A stretch of DNA of 63,400 nt, counting the filler, from Welwitschia mirabilis (Eukaryota), in assembly GCA_051453625.1 (NCBI GenBank). It is 10 parts of one record of this genome, joined end to end, with 100 filler letters (N's around TTAATTAATTAA, not from the genome) between each part and the next. Parts side by side here need not be neighbours in the genome. Positions count along the whole stretch, not along the records: positions 18,486 to 27,557 come from JBOZIK010000001.1; positions 27,658 to 29,708 come from JBOZIK010000001.1; positions 29,809 to 37,103 come from JBOZIK010000001.1; positions 37,204 to 39,998 come from JBOZIK010000001.1; positions 40,099 to 43,837 come from JBOZIK010000001.1; 5 more parts are not named here. One strand, 5' to 3'. A program made the translations under genes and the position numbers. Each line of letters opens with the position of its first letter. Position 1 is the first letter of the stretch. Under the pieces are notes generated by a model that worked only from the letters and a program-made list of their open reading frames with translations, was not told the DNA's origin and ran no database searches. Of the stretch, positions 27,301 through 40,340 are shown piece by piece.

Positions 27301-27679
27301 CTACTTCAAATTTTTAAATCTTCATTTCTAGAAAGAAGAGAAAGTTGATTTTAACACTATTTTCTTTGAATGATGTAAGTCTAAGTTCTAGTTTTCTTTG
27401 AATATACCAAGTCAAAGGGATTTTTAAAATGGATGCTAGCAAGGACCATGGCTTGCCTGTAGAAGGGAAGCACTAGACAAAAGATCGAAAACTTTTCTTT
27501 CAAACATTGATTGTCATTTGATTGTAAAGACAATTCCTTGCCATTTCTCCTTAAGTCNNNNNNNNNNNNNNNNNNNNNNNNNNNNNNNNNNNNNNNNNNN
27601 NTTAATTAATTAANNNNNNNNNNNNNNNNNNNNNNNNNNNNNNNNNNNNNNNNNNNNAAAATGTAAATCTTCTTATTTG

Positions 27680-29708
27680 TCGTATGTAGAATTGTCCAAA
27701 TAAATTAACAAAAGAACATTTTGAAGATCGCACTTGTAAAGACACATTAAGATTTCAGGTCCTTTATAGTTCTAAAGGCAAACATTTTTATTTCCTTTGA
27801 TTTATGTAGAGATTGTCCACTTAATGAAGAAGGTTGCAAAAATGAATGGGAAATTCTTGCTAAAGGAAAGAAGTCTATTGTCCATTGGCTATAAGAACCT
27901 TGTTGATGCTCAGAGGGTAGCAGGGCAGACGATGCTAACATTGAACTTCAAGAGCAAACTTTAGCAAACGAAAAGATTGTTGAAAGGGTCAAGAACTACT
28001 GTCAAAAAATTCAAAATGAGCTCCACAGTATGTGCAATGACATAATTTCTATCATTGATGATCATCTCCTTCTTTCTTCTATGACTTGTGAATCAACCAT
28101 CTTTTTCTGCAAGATGTAAGTGAGCCTTTATATGTAATGTGTAACCATAAACAACAAATTGCTAGTAAGTAAATTGTGCGTTGCTAGTTTAAAGTAACAA
28201 ATAATTATCCACTTCTATATACTTAGTTGCTCACTGTAAACCTGCTTTTGGTATGTTACATTAAATGCTTGATTATTCATCTTCAAACAACCAAAGTTTT
28301 CATGTCGAACCTGAATGTTCTTGGTGACTAATATCAATAATATCAATATTGTGAAATAGTGGAGACTTTATATTGATAAATAGTGTATCATTCTTAAATA
28401 ATATTTTGAACACTATTGCTTATTAAATTTCTAACCGAAGTGTATTTCAACCTAAGATTCATTTCAATTATGAAGATAATTGTCTGTTTTACTATATTAT
28501 TGATGTTCAAAATGTGACTAAATTTATGTGTTTTGCAAATCTTTAGTAAAGAGAATATTCATATAATTATTACCTATAAACAAAAAGCCAAATTGGTATC
28601 AACATTGAATACTTTCTCCACTTCTATAAAAATGCATTTGTTTAGACTTTCGTTCCCAACACTTCAGGCAGGAAACCAGAGGCCATTTTAATGATCATCA
28701 GAGTAATATCTAAAAGAAATGGCAGAATAAAAGAAAAGCCTTATGACTTACGATGTGGATATCACCTCCCATTTACTCTTGTGAGCTTTTCCACAGACAC
28801 AGAATTTAAGACACTGGTTACCCAATCTTCAGAAAGATGTCCCTGCCATTTGAAGTTCAACCTGTATTCATTTCCCTATCAATTCATCTACGCCATGGAT
28901 TCAAAAGCAAAGTGCTTTCAGGCTTTCACTTACACAGAACATGCCGTAAATTTAAGAGTCACCTGATTTGGCAAGGCTAATCAACTTCTGTTTGAATTTA
29001 GACTCCTAGTCTGAATTTAACATAAACCTCGTTGTCTTACTTCAATTATCAATTATCAGAATTTGATGATGTGCTCGCTTTTATGTTCAAACAGGAAAGG
29101 AGATTATTATCGGTCTCTTACAGAATTCAATTCCGGAGATGAAAGGAGGAAAACTTCAGATCCATCTTTAAAAGCTTACCAGGTGGCTCTTAAAGCGAGT
29201 CCAACTAATACGTGCTGCTTCTAAAGCTTTTCGTTCTTTGGGGCATACCAGAGAAACAATATCTCCTGCTTACTAATCAGGTATACTATCTATATGCAAG
29301 CCTATAACTGATTTTCCCGTTTATTACAGATCGCTTTAAGGACCGCGGCAGCGGAATTTGCAGGTAGTCCTCCAATCAGGCTTGGCGTAGCACTTAATCT
29401 GTGTCTTTTATTATGAAATCCAAAAGTTGCCTGAAAAGTAAACTCACGTACATTTTTCATAGTGAAGGGTTTGCTGTGAAGGACCTAGACAACAGCTAGT
29501 CGTTCATAGAAAAAATAATCTGCATATCTTATACTCTCATTTTTTAAGTCTCTCTTATTACATGTTTGCCATGAGATGAAACGTCTTTAGAAATACTATG
29601 CACTTTTGTTATTTAGTAATTTACCATAACACATTCTAAAAACTCTAGAGAGCATGTCGTCTTGCAAAACAAGCATTTGATGAAGCCTATCCACAACTTG
29701 ACAACTTA
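27680..29708 (+). pseudogene. 14-3-3 protein (epsilon-like) pseudogene
   Basis: Exons with GT-AG borders: 27810-28115 (MKKVAKM..ERSLLSIGYKN..CNDIISIIDDHLL..ESTIFFCKM), 29095-29182 ([17 protein letters not shown]), 29330-29437 (PPIRLGVALN..FYYEI), 29651-29708 (ACRLAKQAFDEA). Frameshifts in the first and third of these. Possible decayed exon 1 at ~27680-27727; 3' end runs into a gap. Confidence 0.9.
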
Positions 29709-29808
29709 NNNNNNNNNNNNNNNNNNNNNNNNNNNNNNNNNNNNNNNNNNNNTTAATTAATTAANNNNNNNNNNNNNNNNNNNNNNNNNNNNNNNNNNNN
29801 NNNNNNNN

Positions 29809-32800
29809 ATAAGCAATTTACCCAATCCTCTTGAGAATCTTGTAAGGGCCATAGAAATGAGGAGAAAGCTTCATATTATTATGAACAACAATTGTATCTT
29901 ATCGATAAGGCTGTAACCACATGTAAACCATATCTTCCACTTCAAGAATCACTCTATCCTATGCTTATCTTCCTGAAACTTGATTATGGTTTGAGCAGCC
30001 CCTAAGTTTTCCTTAAGAAATCGAAGCACTTGGTCTTGGTTCTTAAGTTCCTTATTAACCTAATCAACATTAGAATAGTTTGAAATATAAGAGAACACTG
30101 CAGGTGGTGGTTGGCCATAAACAACTTCATAAGGAGTCATTGTTGTAGAGCTATGGAAAGTGGTGTTGTACCACCATTCTGCTCATGGAAGCCATTTAGT
30201 CCATGCCTTAAGCTTTTGATCAGTGAAGCATTAAAGATATGTCTCAAGACAACAGTTAACGACCTCGGTTTGTCCATCAGTTTGAGGATGATTGGATGAA
30301 CTCATAACTAGGTCGATTCCCTATAAATGGAATAACTCCTACCAAAAGTTGTGAAATCTCTATCGGTGACAATAGAGTTAAGTATACCATGCAACTTAAA
30401 CACATGCTTCATAAACAATTGATCAATCAAAGGAACAGTAAAGGGATAGGCAACAAGAATAAAATGGCATATTTAGAGAGTCGATGAAGAACTACCGCAA
30501 TGGCATTCTCTTATTTGTGTATGGCATGCAAGNNNNNNNNNNNNNNNNNNNNNNNNNNNNNNNNNNNNNNNNNNNNNNNNNNNNNNNNNNNNNNNNNNNN
30601 NNNNNNNNNNNNNNNNNNNNNNNNNNNNNNNNNNNNNNNNNNNNNNNNNNNNNNNNNNNNNNNNNNNNNNNNNNNNNNNNNNNNNNNNNNNNNNNNNNNN
30701 NNNNNNNNNNNNNNNNNNNNNNNNNNNNNNNNNNNNNNNNNNNNNNNNNNNNNNNNNNNNNNNNNNNNNNNNNNNNNNNNNNNNNNNNNNNNNNNNNNNN
30801 NNNNNNNNNNNNNNNNNNNNNNNNNNNNNNNNNNNNNNNNNNNNNNNNNNNNNNNNNNNNNNNNNNNNNNNNNNNNNNNNNNNNNNNNNNNNNNNNNNNN
30901 NNNNNNNNNNNNNNNNNNNNNNNNNNNNNNNNNNNNNNNNNNNNNNNNNNNNNNNNNNNNNNNNNNNNNNNNNNNNNNNNNNNNNNNNNNNNNNNNNNNN
31001 NNNNNNNNNNNNNNNNNNNNNNNNNNNNNNNNNNNNNNNNNNNNNNNNNNNNNNNNNNNNNNNNNNNNNNNNNNNNNNNNNNNNNNNNNNNNNNNNNNNN
31101 NNNNNNNNNNNNNNNNNNNNNNNNNNNNNNNNNNNNNNNNNNNNNNNNNNNNNNNNNNNNNNNNNNNNNNNNNNNNNNNNNNNNNNNNNNNNNNNNNNNN
31201 NNNNNNNNNNNNNNNNNNNNNNNNNNNNNNNNNNNNNNNNNNNNNNNNNNNNNNNNNNNNNNNNNNNNNNNNNNNNNNNNNNNNNNNNNNNNNNNNNNNN
31301 NNNNNNNNNNNNNNNNNNNNNNNNNNNNNNNNNNNNNNNNNNNNNNNNNNNNNNNNNNNNNNNNNNNNNNNNNNNNNNNNNNNNNNNNNNNNNNNNNNNN
31401 NNNNNNNCTTCTTGCATAAGAACTATCCAATTTCAAACCCTATTAGAAGCCTCACATCATCTATATCCTTTTCACAAAAATCGAAGAGTATTTGAAGGTG
31501 ACAATCAAATCTTTGATCTAAAAACACATTTATTACTGTAATGTTCTTTACCATCCACATAGCGCTTGTATTCCAGACATCGTTCGGGTGCTCTGCATCC
31601 TCTATCCTGAATTGCATAATCATTCTGACATTCTCCAGATATATGCCCATCACGCTTTTGTTGTACATCATTATTTTCAATCTATTTATTGTTGCAGAAT
31701 CATATACTTGGATATTGTTGACAGAAATGTTCTGGACTCCTCCAAAGGTTTGGGATCTGGTTGCTATGTCTAAGAATTCCTTTCTTTGTGCTCTTGATCT
31801 ACTGATTTCAGTGTTTTTGCTTGACCTTGTAAAGGAGATCTTGCACTTGTCTCAACCGTTTCTGATCAATACCACGTCGTCGTCATCGCTCTCCTAGAAG
31901 TCCTCGATGCACCCATCATCGCTTATGGCTTGTATGATTTTATCTGTGTTCATGGTGTTAACTATTTGATGGGTGGTGGAACAAATGCTAAATCATTACT
32001 AGAGACAACAAAGATAGGTATTGTTTGATTCACCTCATTTTTTTTGTGTAGATAGGCAGTTGTTCTTCTTTGAGCCTTGCTAACCCAACTGCTAAAGTCA
32101 TCATGATTGGTCGAAACATGCAAACCTTACGTTTCAACTCTTCCTTAAGCCCATTTATAAAGCAACCCACTAGGAATTCCTCTGTCAACCTTGTAGTTCT
32201 ATTGGCCAATTGTTCCAAATGATCTTGATACTCCTGCGTCATAGAATTCTATCATAGCTTCATAAATTCCTCAGCATAGGACTAGTTGAATGATTGGCCA
32301 TATATAAGACTCACAATAATGATTAGGCTCTTCAGCTCATCCACCTTATGATCAATGATTTCTCATGATTCATGGATCTCTCTCTTCATCATCTCCGTTA
32401 AGGTCCGCATCTCGTTCTTTATCCTTGCTCGTACTTTGTGCTTGCATTTCCCTCATCATGCCTATGATACCAATGTTATGAATCCAATCATAATAATGCA
32501 AAGTAGTATGCATAAATTGAAAGCAGAGTAACCACTTCAAGATGGTTAGGCCTCCATTACTTATGTCAAGGGTGATTAGCCTCCATTAATCACTTCAAGG
32601 GTGATTAGACTCCATTCACAAGAATACATGAGCCACATATTTATAGGGTACAAGTCCTTATAGGACGTTACAATAAAGATAGATGTTACAATAAGGAAAG
32701 CTGAAAGACAAGCGTTACAATAAAGAAGACATTATAGATGTTACATTAAAGATAGATATTACAGACTTTACAATAAACATTTCTTTAAAAGAGAGATGAT

Positions 32801-34854
32801 ACCTAAAACTACTGTAGTGGGACAATAACATTCCACCCCACTTCAGAACAACCTTGTCCTCAAGGCTGAAAATTTAGAAACTTTTCTTTGAGCTTGGAAA
32901 CATATTCTCATCTGCCTTTAATTTGAAACCCTTTTAGCTGCTTTACGTCATCTGCATTCTTATTACACAAATCGAACAGTATTTAAAGACAAGGATCAAA
33001 CCTTTCACCAGAAAATACATTCATCACTGCAGTGTTCTTTATCATCCACATAGCGCTTCTTCTCTAGAAATTGTCCAGGTGTTCTCCATCATATTTCCTA
33101 AATTGCATGGTCATTCTAGTCCTCTTCAGAGATACGCCCATCAGGCTTCTGCTGCACATCATTATTTTCAATTTGATTCCTACTACAAAATCATATATTC
33201 AAATATTATTGACAGAAATGTTCCAGACTCATCTAGAAGTTTGGAAACTAACTATTATGCCTGAGAATCCCTTTGTCTGTGCTATTGTTCTATTGTTTTT
33301 GCTTGACCTTTTAAAGGAGATTTCACACTGGTCCCAACTGCTTTTGATTGCAACCACTTCATCGTCGTTGCTCTCCTAGGATTCCTTGATGTACACATTA
33401 GTGCTCGTGGCTTGTATGATTTTGTCTATGTGTCCGACGTCTTGTGGATCCTTAGCCTTTGATGCGTTGTGGAACAAATGCTAGNNNNNNNNNNNNNNNN
33501 NNNNNNNNNNNNNNNNNNNNNNNNNNNNNNNNNNNNNNNNNNNNNNNNNNNNNNNNNNNNNNNNNNNNNNNNNNNNNNNNNNNNNNNNNNNNNNNNNNNN
33601 NNNNNNNNNNNNNNNNNNNNNNNNNNNNNNNNNNNNNNNNNNNNNNNNNNNNNNNNNNNNNNNNNNNNNNNNNNNNNNNNNNNNNNNNNNNNNNNNNNNN
33701 NNNNNNNNNNNNNNNNNNNNNNNNNNNNNNNNNNNNNNNNNNNNNNNNNNNNNNNNNNNNNNNNNNNNNNNNNNNNNNNNNNNNNNNNNNNNNNNNNNNN
33801 NNNNNNNNNNNNNNNNNNNNNNNNNNNNNNNNNNNNNNNNNNNNNNNNNNNNNNNNNNNNNNNNNNNNNNNNNNNNNNNNNNNNNNNNNNNNNNNNNNNN
33901 NNNNNNNNNNNNNNNNNNNNNNNNNNNNNNNNNNNNNNNNNNNNNNNNNNNNNNNNNNNNNNNNNNNNNNNNNNNNNNNNNNNNNNNNNNNNNNNNNNNN
34001 NNNNNNNNNNNNNNNNNNNNNNNNNNNNNNNNNNGTCTTGTGGATCCTTAGCCTTTGATGCGTTGTGGAACAAATGCTAGATCATTACTAGAGACATCAG
34101 AGGCAGGTATTGTGTGGTTCACCTCATTGTTCTTGTGTAGAATGAGCAATTAATCTTCTTTAAGCCTTGTTAATCCAAACTGCTTGAGTCATCATGATTA
34201 GTCAAAACATGCAAACCTCATGTTTCAACTCTTCCTTAAGCCCCCTTATCAATCAACCCACCAGGAATTCCTTTGTCAACCCTGTAGTTCTTTTGGCCAA
34301 TTATTCAAAATGCTCTTGATACTCTGGCACCATAGAAATCTATTGTGGCTTCATAAATATCCCAACATAGGATAGGTTGAATGATTGGCCATATTTGAGG
34401 CTCACAGCAATGATTAGGCTCTTTAGCTCCTCCACCTTATGTTCAATGGTTTTCTGTGATTCATGGATCTCTGTCTTCACCATGTCCTTTAAGGTCTGCA
34501 TGTTGTTCTTCATCATCGTGGCTCTGATACCAAATGTTATGAATCCAGTCATAGTAATGTAAAGTAAAATGCAAAAATTAAAAGTAGAGTGACCACTATG
34601 AGGGGATCAAGCTTCCATAAATCACTTTGAGGGTGATTAGCCTCCATTTATAAGAATGCAAGTCTTTATTCAATGATTCTAAACAATACATGAACCACAT
34701 ATTTATAGGGCACAAGTTCTTATAAGCCATTATAATAAAGATAGACATTAAAACAAGGATACCTAAAAGACAAAGATTACAGACGTTACAATAAAGATAG
34801 ATGTTTTTTTAAAAGACATACATCACATAAAACTACTATAGTGGGACTGCAACA
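29809..34854 (-). mobile_element. Tandem Gypsy (chromovirus-like) remnants with a shared LTR
   Basis: Integrase remnant at 29809-30530. Gag fragments (EEFLVGCFINGLKEELK) at 32030-32242 and ~34120-34330. LTRs at 32474-32830 and 34535-34854. Met PBS complement gctctgatacca at 34521-34532 and tgatacca at 32465-32472. Confidence 0.8.
34521..34532 (-). promoter_or_regulatory. Primer binding site (initiator tRNA-Met)
   Basis: TGGTATCAGAGC on minus strand, 2 bp from the LTR. Confidence 0.85.
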
Positions 34855-35348
34855 TTAACGCACAATAATAATTGTTTTCTATAAAGTCCCTCTTCTTTTG
34901 TATCTCAGTTTCCCCATCATTACAATTATGTTTCACAGTGGGGATACATTCTCTATTTCTATATACTTAGCTTGTTTAACGTTATCTTTGTTGAATTCGT
35001 TCTTCTATTCATTGGCATTCTAATGGCTTGTTATAAGAAAACTAAATTATTTACCCTTTTCTAGCTCATTGTTGTTATGGGAGTTGAGCAAGGTCATAAT
35101 TCACTTGGAAGTACATGTTTAGGATAAACAGATCAATTTGTGACACACCTATTAGATCTTCTTACTCTATTTTCAAAATATATTCTCCTATCCAAATCTT
35201 TTAAGCCTTGTTATCCTTTTCTTTCTATCCATACAATATAGTTATCAAAACATAATTATGCATATTCACATATCCACCCTCAATCCTTCTCTTTCTTAAT
35301 GCCCAACTCTCTCACTCATACATCTATTCATGGCCTCATAATTATTTT

Positions 35349-38300
35349 TGAAGTTATTCTTGAAATTCCTGCAGGGTGAATGAATAGGAATAATAATAAA
35401 TTTTAAATCCAAAACCTATTCTTGAATGAAATTTATCAACTTTGCAAATGAAAAATATATCTGAGAAAAATAGCAAAATAGAAAAATAATCAACTCACAA
35501 GATTTATAGTGGTTCGGCAATGTGCCTACTCCACTCTTTAAGGAGAGATAAAGATGTTGTCTTCCTTAGTTCTCTTATCACTCTTGAAATGATGATTTTC
35601 TAGCTGATCATCAACCCCTTATATAACAATGATGATTTTCTATTCTTATCATTAACCTTTTACACTTGAAGTCTTTCAAAGGCTCAGACTCAACCATAAG
35701 AAAAAGAGAAGAAATCGAGTTGTGCCTAAGCAAGGATGCAATAGTGTAGAATCTAATCTAAATGATTACACAAGATAGGATCACCAAGTACACACAGATC
35801 ACCAAATATTGGTTTTAGTTCACTTCACAGAATCGTATATGCATGTGTATATCTGTAACCCTAACAAAGAAGGTTTTGACCCTTTTTAAAGAGAAGGGAA
35901 AAATAGCTATTGAAGGGAAACCCTAAATGATGATTTCAAGACATGATAATCTAATATTCCAATCAAATTCATATTTCTAATATGATTGCATGGTGCGCCA
36001 GAAGAGAATATTCATTGAAAACTACCGTGCGTTTGCCTGAAGAAGACTGCTTTTCCAACAGCTCGAAGAGAGGACGTCCGCCTTTAAAACTGGGGATGTC
36101 CTTACTCCCANNNNNNNNNNNNNNNNNNNNNNNNNNNNNNNNNNNNNNNNNNNNNNNNNNNNNNNNNNNNNNNNNNNNNNNNNNNNNNNNNNNNNNNNNN
36201 NNNNNNNNNNGATGATTTTCTGGCTGATTATCAACCCCTTATACAATAGTGATGATTTTCCAGGCTTATCATCAACCTTTCACACTTGGAGTCTTTCAAA
36301 GGCTCAGACTCAGCCATAAGAAAAAGAGAAGAAATCGAGTTGTGACTCAAGCATGGATGCAACAGTGTAGAATTTAATCCGGATGATTACACAAGATAAG
36401 ATCATCAAGTACACACAGATTCCAAAGATTGGTTTTAGTTCACTTCACAGAATCGTATATGCATGTGTATATCTGTAACCCTAACAAAGTAGATTTTTAC
36501 CCTTTTTAAAGAGAAGGGGAAAATAGCTATGAAAGGTAAACCCTAAATGATGATTCCAAGACATAATNNNNNNNNNNNNNNNNNNNNNNNNNNNNNNNNN
36601 NNNNNNNNNNNNNNNNNNNNNNNNNNNNNNNNNNNNNNNNNNNNNNNNNNNNNNNNNNNNNNNNNNNCATCAAGGACACACAGATTCCAAAGATTGGTTT
36701 TAGTTCACTTCACAGAATCATATATGCATGTGTATATCTATAACCCTAACAAAGCAGGTTTTTACCCTTTTTAAAGAGAAGGAGAAAATAGCTATTAAAG
36801 GGAAACCCTAAATGATGATTCCAAGACATAATAATTTGATATTCCAATCAAATTCATGTTTTCAATACAATTGAATGGCATACCAAAAGAGAATATCCGT
36901 TGCAAACTGTCACATGTTTGCCTGAAGAAGACCGTTTTTCCAACAGTTCAAAGAGAGGACATCTTAAAATTGCGGACGTCCTCACTCCCGGGGGGACGAA
37001 CATCCACTCTTCAAGTAGTGCAGATGTCTGCACTGCTGAGAGTAGGGGATGGATGTCTGCACCTACCACAGGTGCAAACTGGAAAAAGACTGAATGCAGG
37101 GGGNNNNNNNNNNNNNNNNNNNNNNNNNNNNNNNNNNNNNNNNNNNNTTAATTAATTAANNNNNNNNNNNNNNNNNNNNNNNNNNNNNNNNNNNNNNNNN
37201 NNNTGACAAATCCACTTATCTAAAGAACCTAGTCAAAATAACCTCCCTCTGAGATGTAGCCTAGGTCCCCATGAGTTTAATATCCCTGTTAAAATGATAC
37301 AATGATACAACTATCATATCTCATATAGTATTAGCATTACTCCCCCTTTTGGCATCATTAATTCTGAAAGAAAACAAATAATACACAAAAATATTTGTGA
37401 AAAGCATGTGAACAGGATAACAACGATAAACATACATAATGGAAATAACAAATATTATATTAGCCATTAAACAAAAATACTAAATTGGGATAACTTTCAG
37501 TATTTNNNNNNNNNNNNNNNNNNNNNNNNNNNNNNNNNNNNNNNNNNNNNNNNNNNNNNNNNNNNNNNNNNNNNNNNNNNNNNNNNNNNNNNNNNNNNNN
37601 NNNNNGAGAAGGAAAAATAGTTGTTAAAGGGAAACCCTAAATTATGATTTAAAGACATGATAATATGATATTCCAATCAAATTCATGTTTCCAATATAAT
37701 TGAATGGCATTCTAAAAGAGAATAACCATTAAAACCATCACACATTTACTTGAAGAAGACTATTTTTTCAATTATTTAAGAGAGGATGTCCAGCTTTAAA
37801 ACTAGGGCATACTCACTTTCAGGGAGGCAGACATCAACCCTCAAAGCAGTGTAGACATCCATACTACTAGGAGTATTAGGATATCCACCCTAGAAATGAG
37901 TAGATATTCACACCTGCCACAGGTGTAGACGGGGAAAAAACTGAATTAAGGAGGAACATCCAGACTATTTGGAGTGGGGATGTCTATACTTGAGAACTAA
38001 CAATCATGTTTCCTATAAGGAAAGGAGATGTCCATCCTATTTGAGTGGGGACGTCTGAGTCTGAGATCTATCACAGATACATTTTTCCCATAAGTAGAGG
38101 AGATGTCCTCCTTGTTTTGAGGGGGAACATCTACATGTGAAGTTTAGCTTGTTAATGTGACTGTGACAAATGATGGCCATCTTATCACTTGATTCTTATG
38201 ACTATTGGCATCATTGAAATATTATACTTACAATCTCCTTCTTTTCAATGATGATAAATCTACTTATCTGAAGAACCTATTCAAAATCACCTTTCCCTAA

Positions 38301-40340
38301 GATGTAGACTAACTTCCCTTAAGTTTGATATACCTATTAAAATGATACAATGATATAGCTATCGTATCTCATATAGTCTTAGAATTACTTCTCCTTTTGG
38401 CATCATTGATTTTAAAGGAAAATAAATGATACATAAAAATACCTCTAAAAGGCATGTTAACAGGATAACAATAATAAACATACATAATGGAAATAACAAA
38501 TATTATATTATCCATTAAACAAAAATGATAAATCTGTATAAATTTCAGTATTTATGTTAAACCAAAAATCATACCTTAGTTGTGCATGTTCCTATGCCCA
38601 ACTCAACCCTTAACAACTCAAGTTTCGCTTTTGAGAGAAGCTTGGTAACCAAATTGGTAAGCTGTTTGTCTGATTCATCCTTGTTGGTCTTGGTTAATGT
38701 GGTCATGGGAGTGCAAACCTCTTTCGCTTGGTCGAGTTTGTACTTCTTTAAAAGCTCCTTGACATGCTTAGATTGACTAAGAAAAAGACCATGCCTGAGC
38801 TATTTATTTTGCAAGGCTAAGAAGAAATTGAGCTCTCCAAGCATGTTCATTTCAAATTCTCTTTGCATAACCTTAGAAAATTCAAGCGTTAGTTTTTCAT
38901 TAGAAGCCCCATAAACTCCATGATTAGACTTGTATTTATTAATGGTGAGGCCTTTTTCATTCTGAATTTTTTTTTCAAAATCGACAAAACTTATTAAAAG
39001 AATTAGATTTAGAATGCAAAAATTCAACCCATGTGTAATGAGTAAAATCATTAACCACCACCATAAAATATCTCTTGCCACTTAGACTTTGAACTGTTGT
39101 AGGCCCTATTAAATCTAAGTGCAACATATCTAGAGGCATTTATTAGGATATCTCAAGCTTAGGTTTAAAGGAAGCATTCATGATTTTACTTTGTTGACAA
39201 TGTTAACACAAGATAGAATTTGAAAAGCTAAGTTTAGGTAAGCCTCTAACCAACTCTTGTTGAGAGATGGCCTTCAAGTTTGCAATATTTGAATGACCCA
39301 TTCTTCTATGCCAAAGATGTTCTTGACTCTCTTGATTAAAACCATACAACTCTTCATCATTTGATTTTCCTCCTATAGAATACAAGTTTCCTAGACGATG
39401 GGCAATTAAAAGTTTCTTATTGCTAGAAACACTCTTTACCACACACTTATTTTTGTCAAAATTAACTATATTCCCTTTATCACACATTTGAGCAATACTT
39501 AAAGAATTATACTTAAGGCCCTCTACATACAAAACATCATCAATTTTTTGAAGATCATATTCACAAACCATACCTTTTCCCTTAATGGCTGCTTTTCAGT
39601 TGTCACTAAAGGAAACTTCTCCTCCATCATAGTTGACAAGTGTGTGAAACCTTCTTCTGTTACCTGTCATATGTCTTGAACAACCATTGTTCAAGTACCA
39701 TCTAAGATGCTCCTTTGCTTTAAAAGTGGTTTGAACAAACAATCCTTTGACAGATTCCTTTTTAACCCATCTTTGCTTGATGAGAGGCTGATTGTTCATT
39801 GCTTTTGATTTCCACAAAAACCTGTCACTTTTATAATGGAAAAAATTTCCCTTTTTGATGGGACAAGAAAATCTAACATGCCCTAGGCCTCCACAGTAGA
39901 AACATCGAATATGGAAAGAATTTAAATTATTAGACTTCAAAGCATACCTCTTGTGATCAGATTTTACCTTGATGGAGTGATATGAGGTCGTAGCATTGNN
40001 NNNNNNNNNNNNNNNNNNNNNNNNNNNNNNNNNNNNNNNNNNTTAATTAATTAANNNNNNNNNNNNNNNNNNNNNNNNNNNNNNNNNNNNNNNNNNNNGA
40101 CATGTGCATTTGAGAACTGTCAGTCATGTTTACTGCAAGGAGAGGAGACGTCCACCCTATTTGAGTGGGGACGTCCAGGCCTGAGACTGTCACAGATACA
40201 TTTTGCCCACGAGTAGAGGTGACGTCCACCTTTTTTGAGTGGCATGCAAAGGTTAGCTTCTTAACGTGACTGTGACAAACGAGGCCATCTTATCGCTTTA
40301 TTTGTACGACTGTTGGCATTATTGAAACCTTATACTTACA
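35349..40340 (-). mobile_element. Second Sirevirus-like Copia family: multiple LTR pieces plus deleted gag-pol
   Basis: Zinc knuckle CFYCGGLGHVRFSC, protease WYLNNGCSRHMTG, GAG-pre-integrase LWHRRMGH, integrase/RT fragments at 38580-39100. LTR ends tatacttaca at 38232 and 40340. Several PPT complements (e.g. ctccccctttt ~37340). LTR pieces repeated across gaps. Confidence 0.8.
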
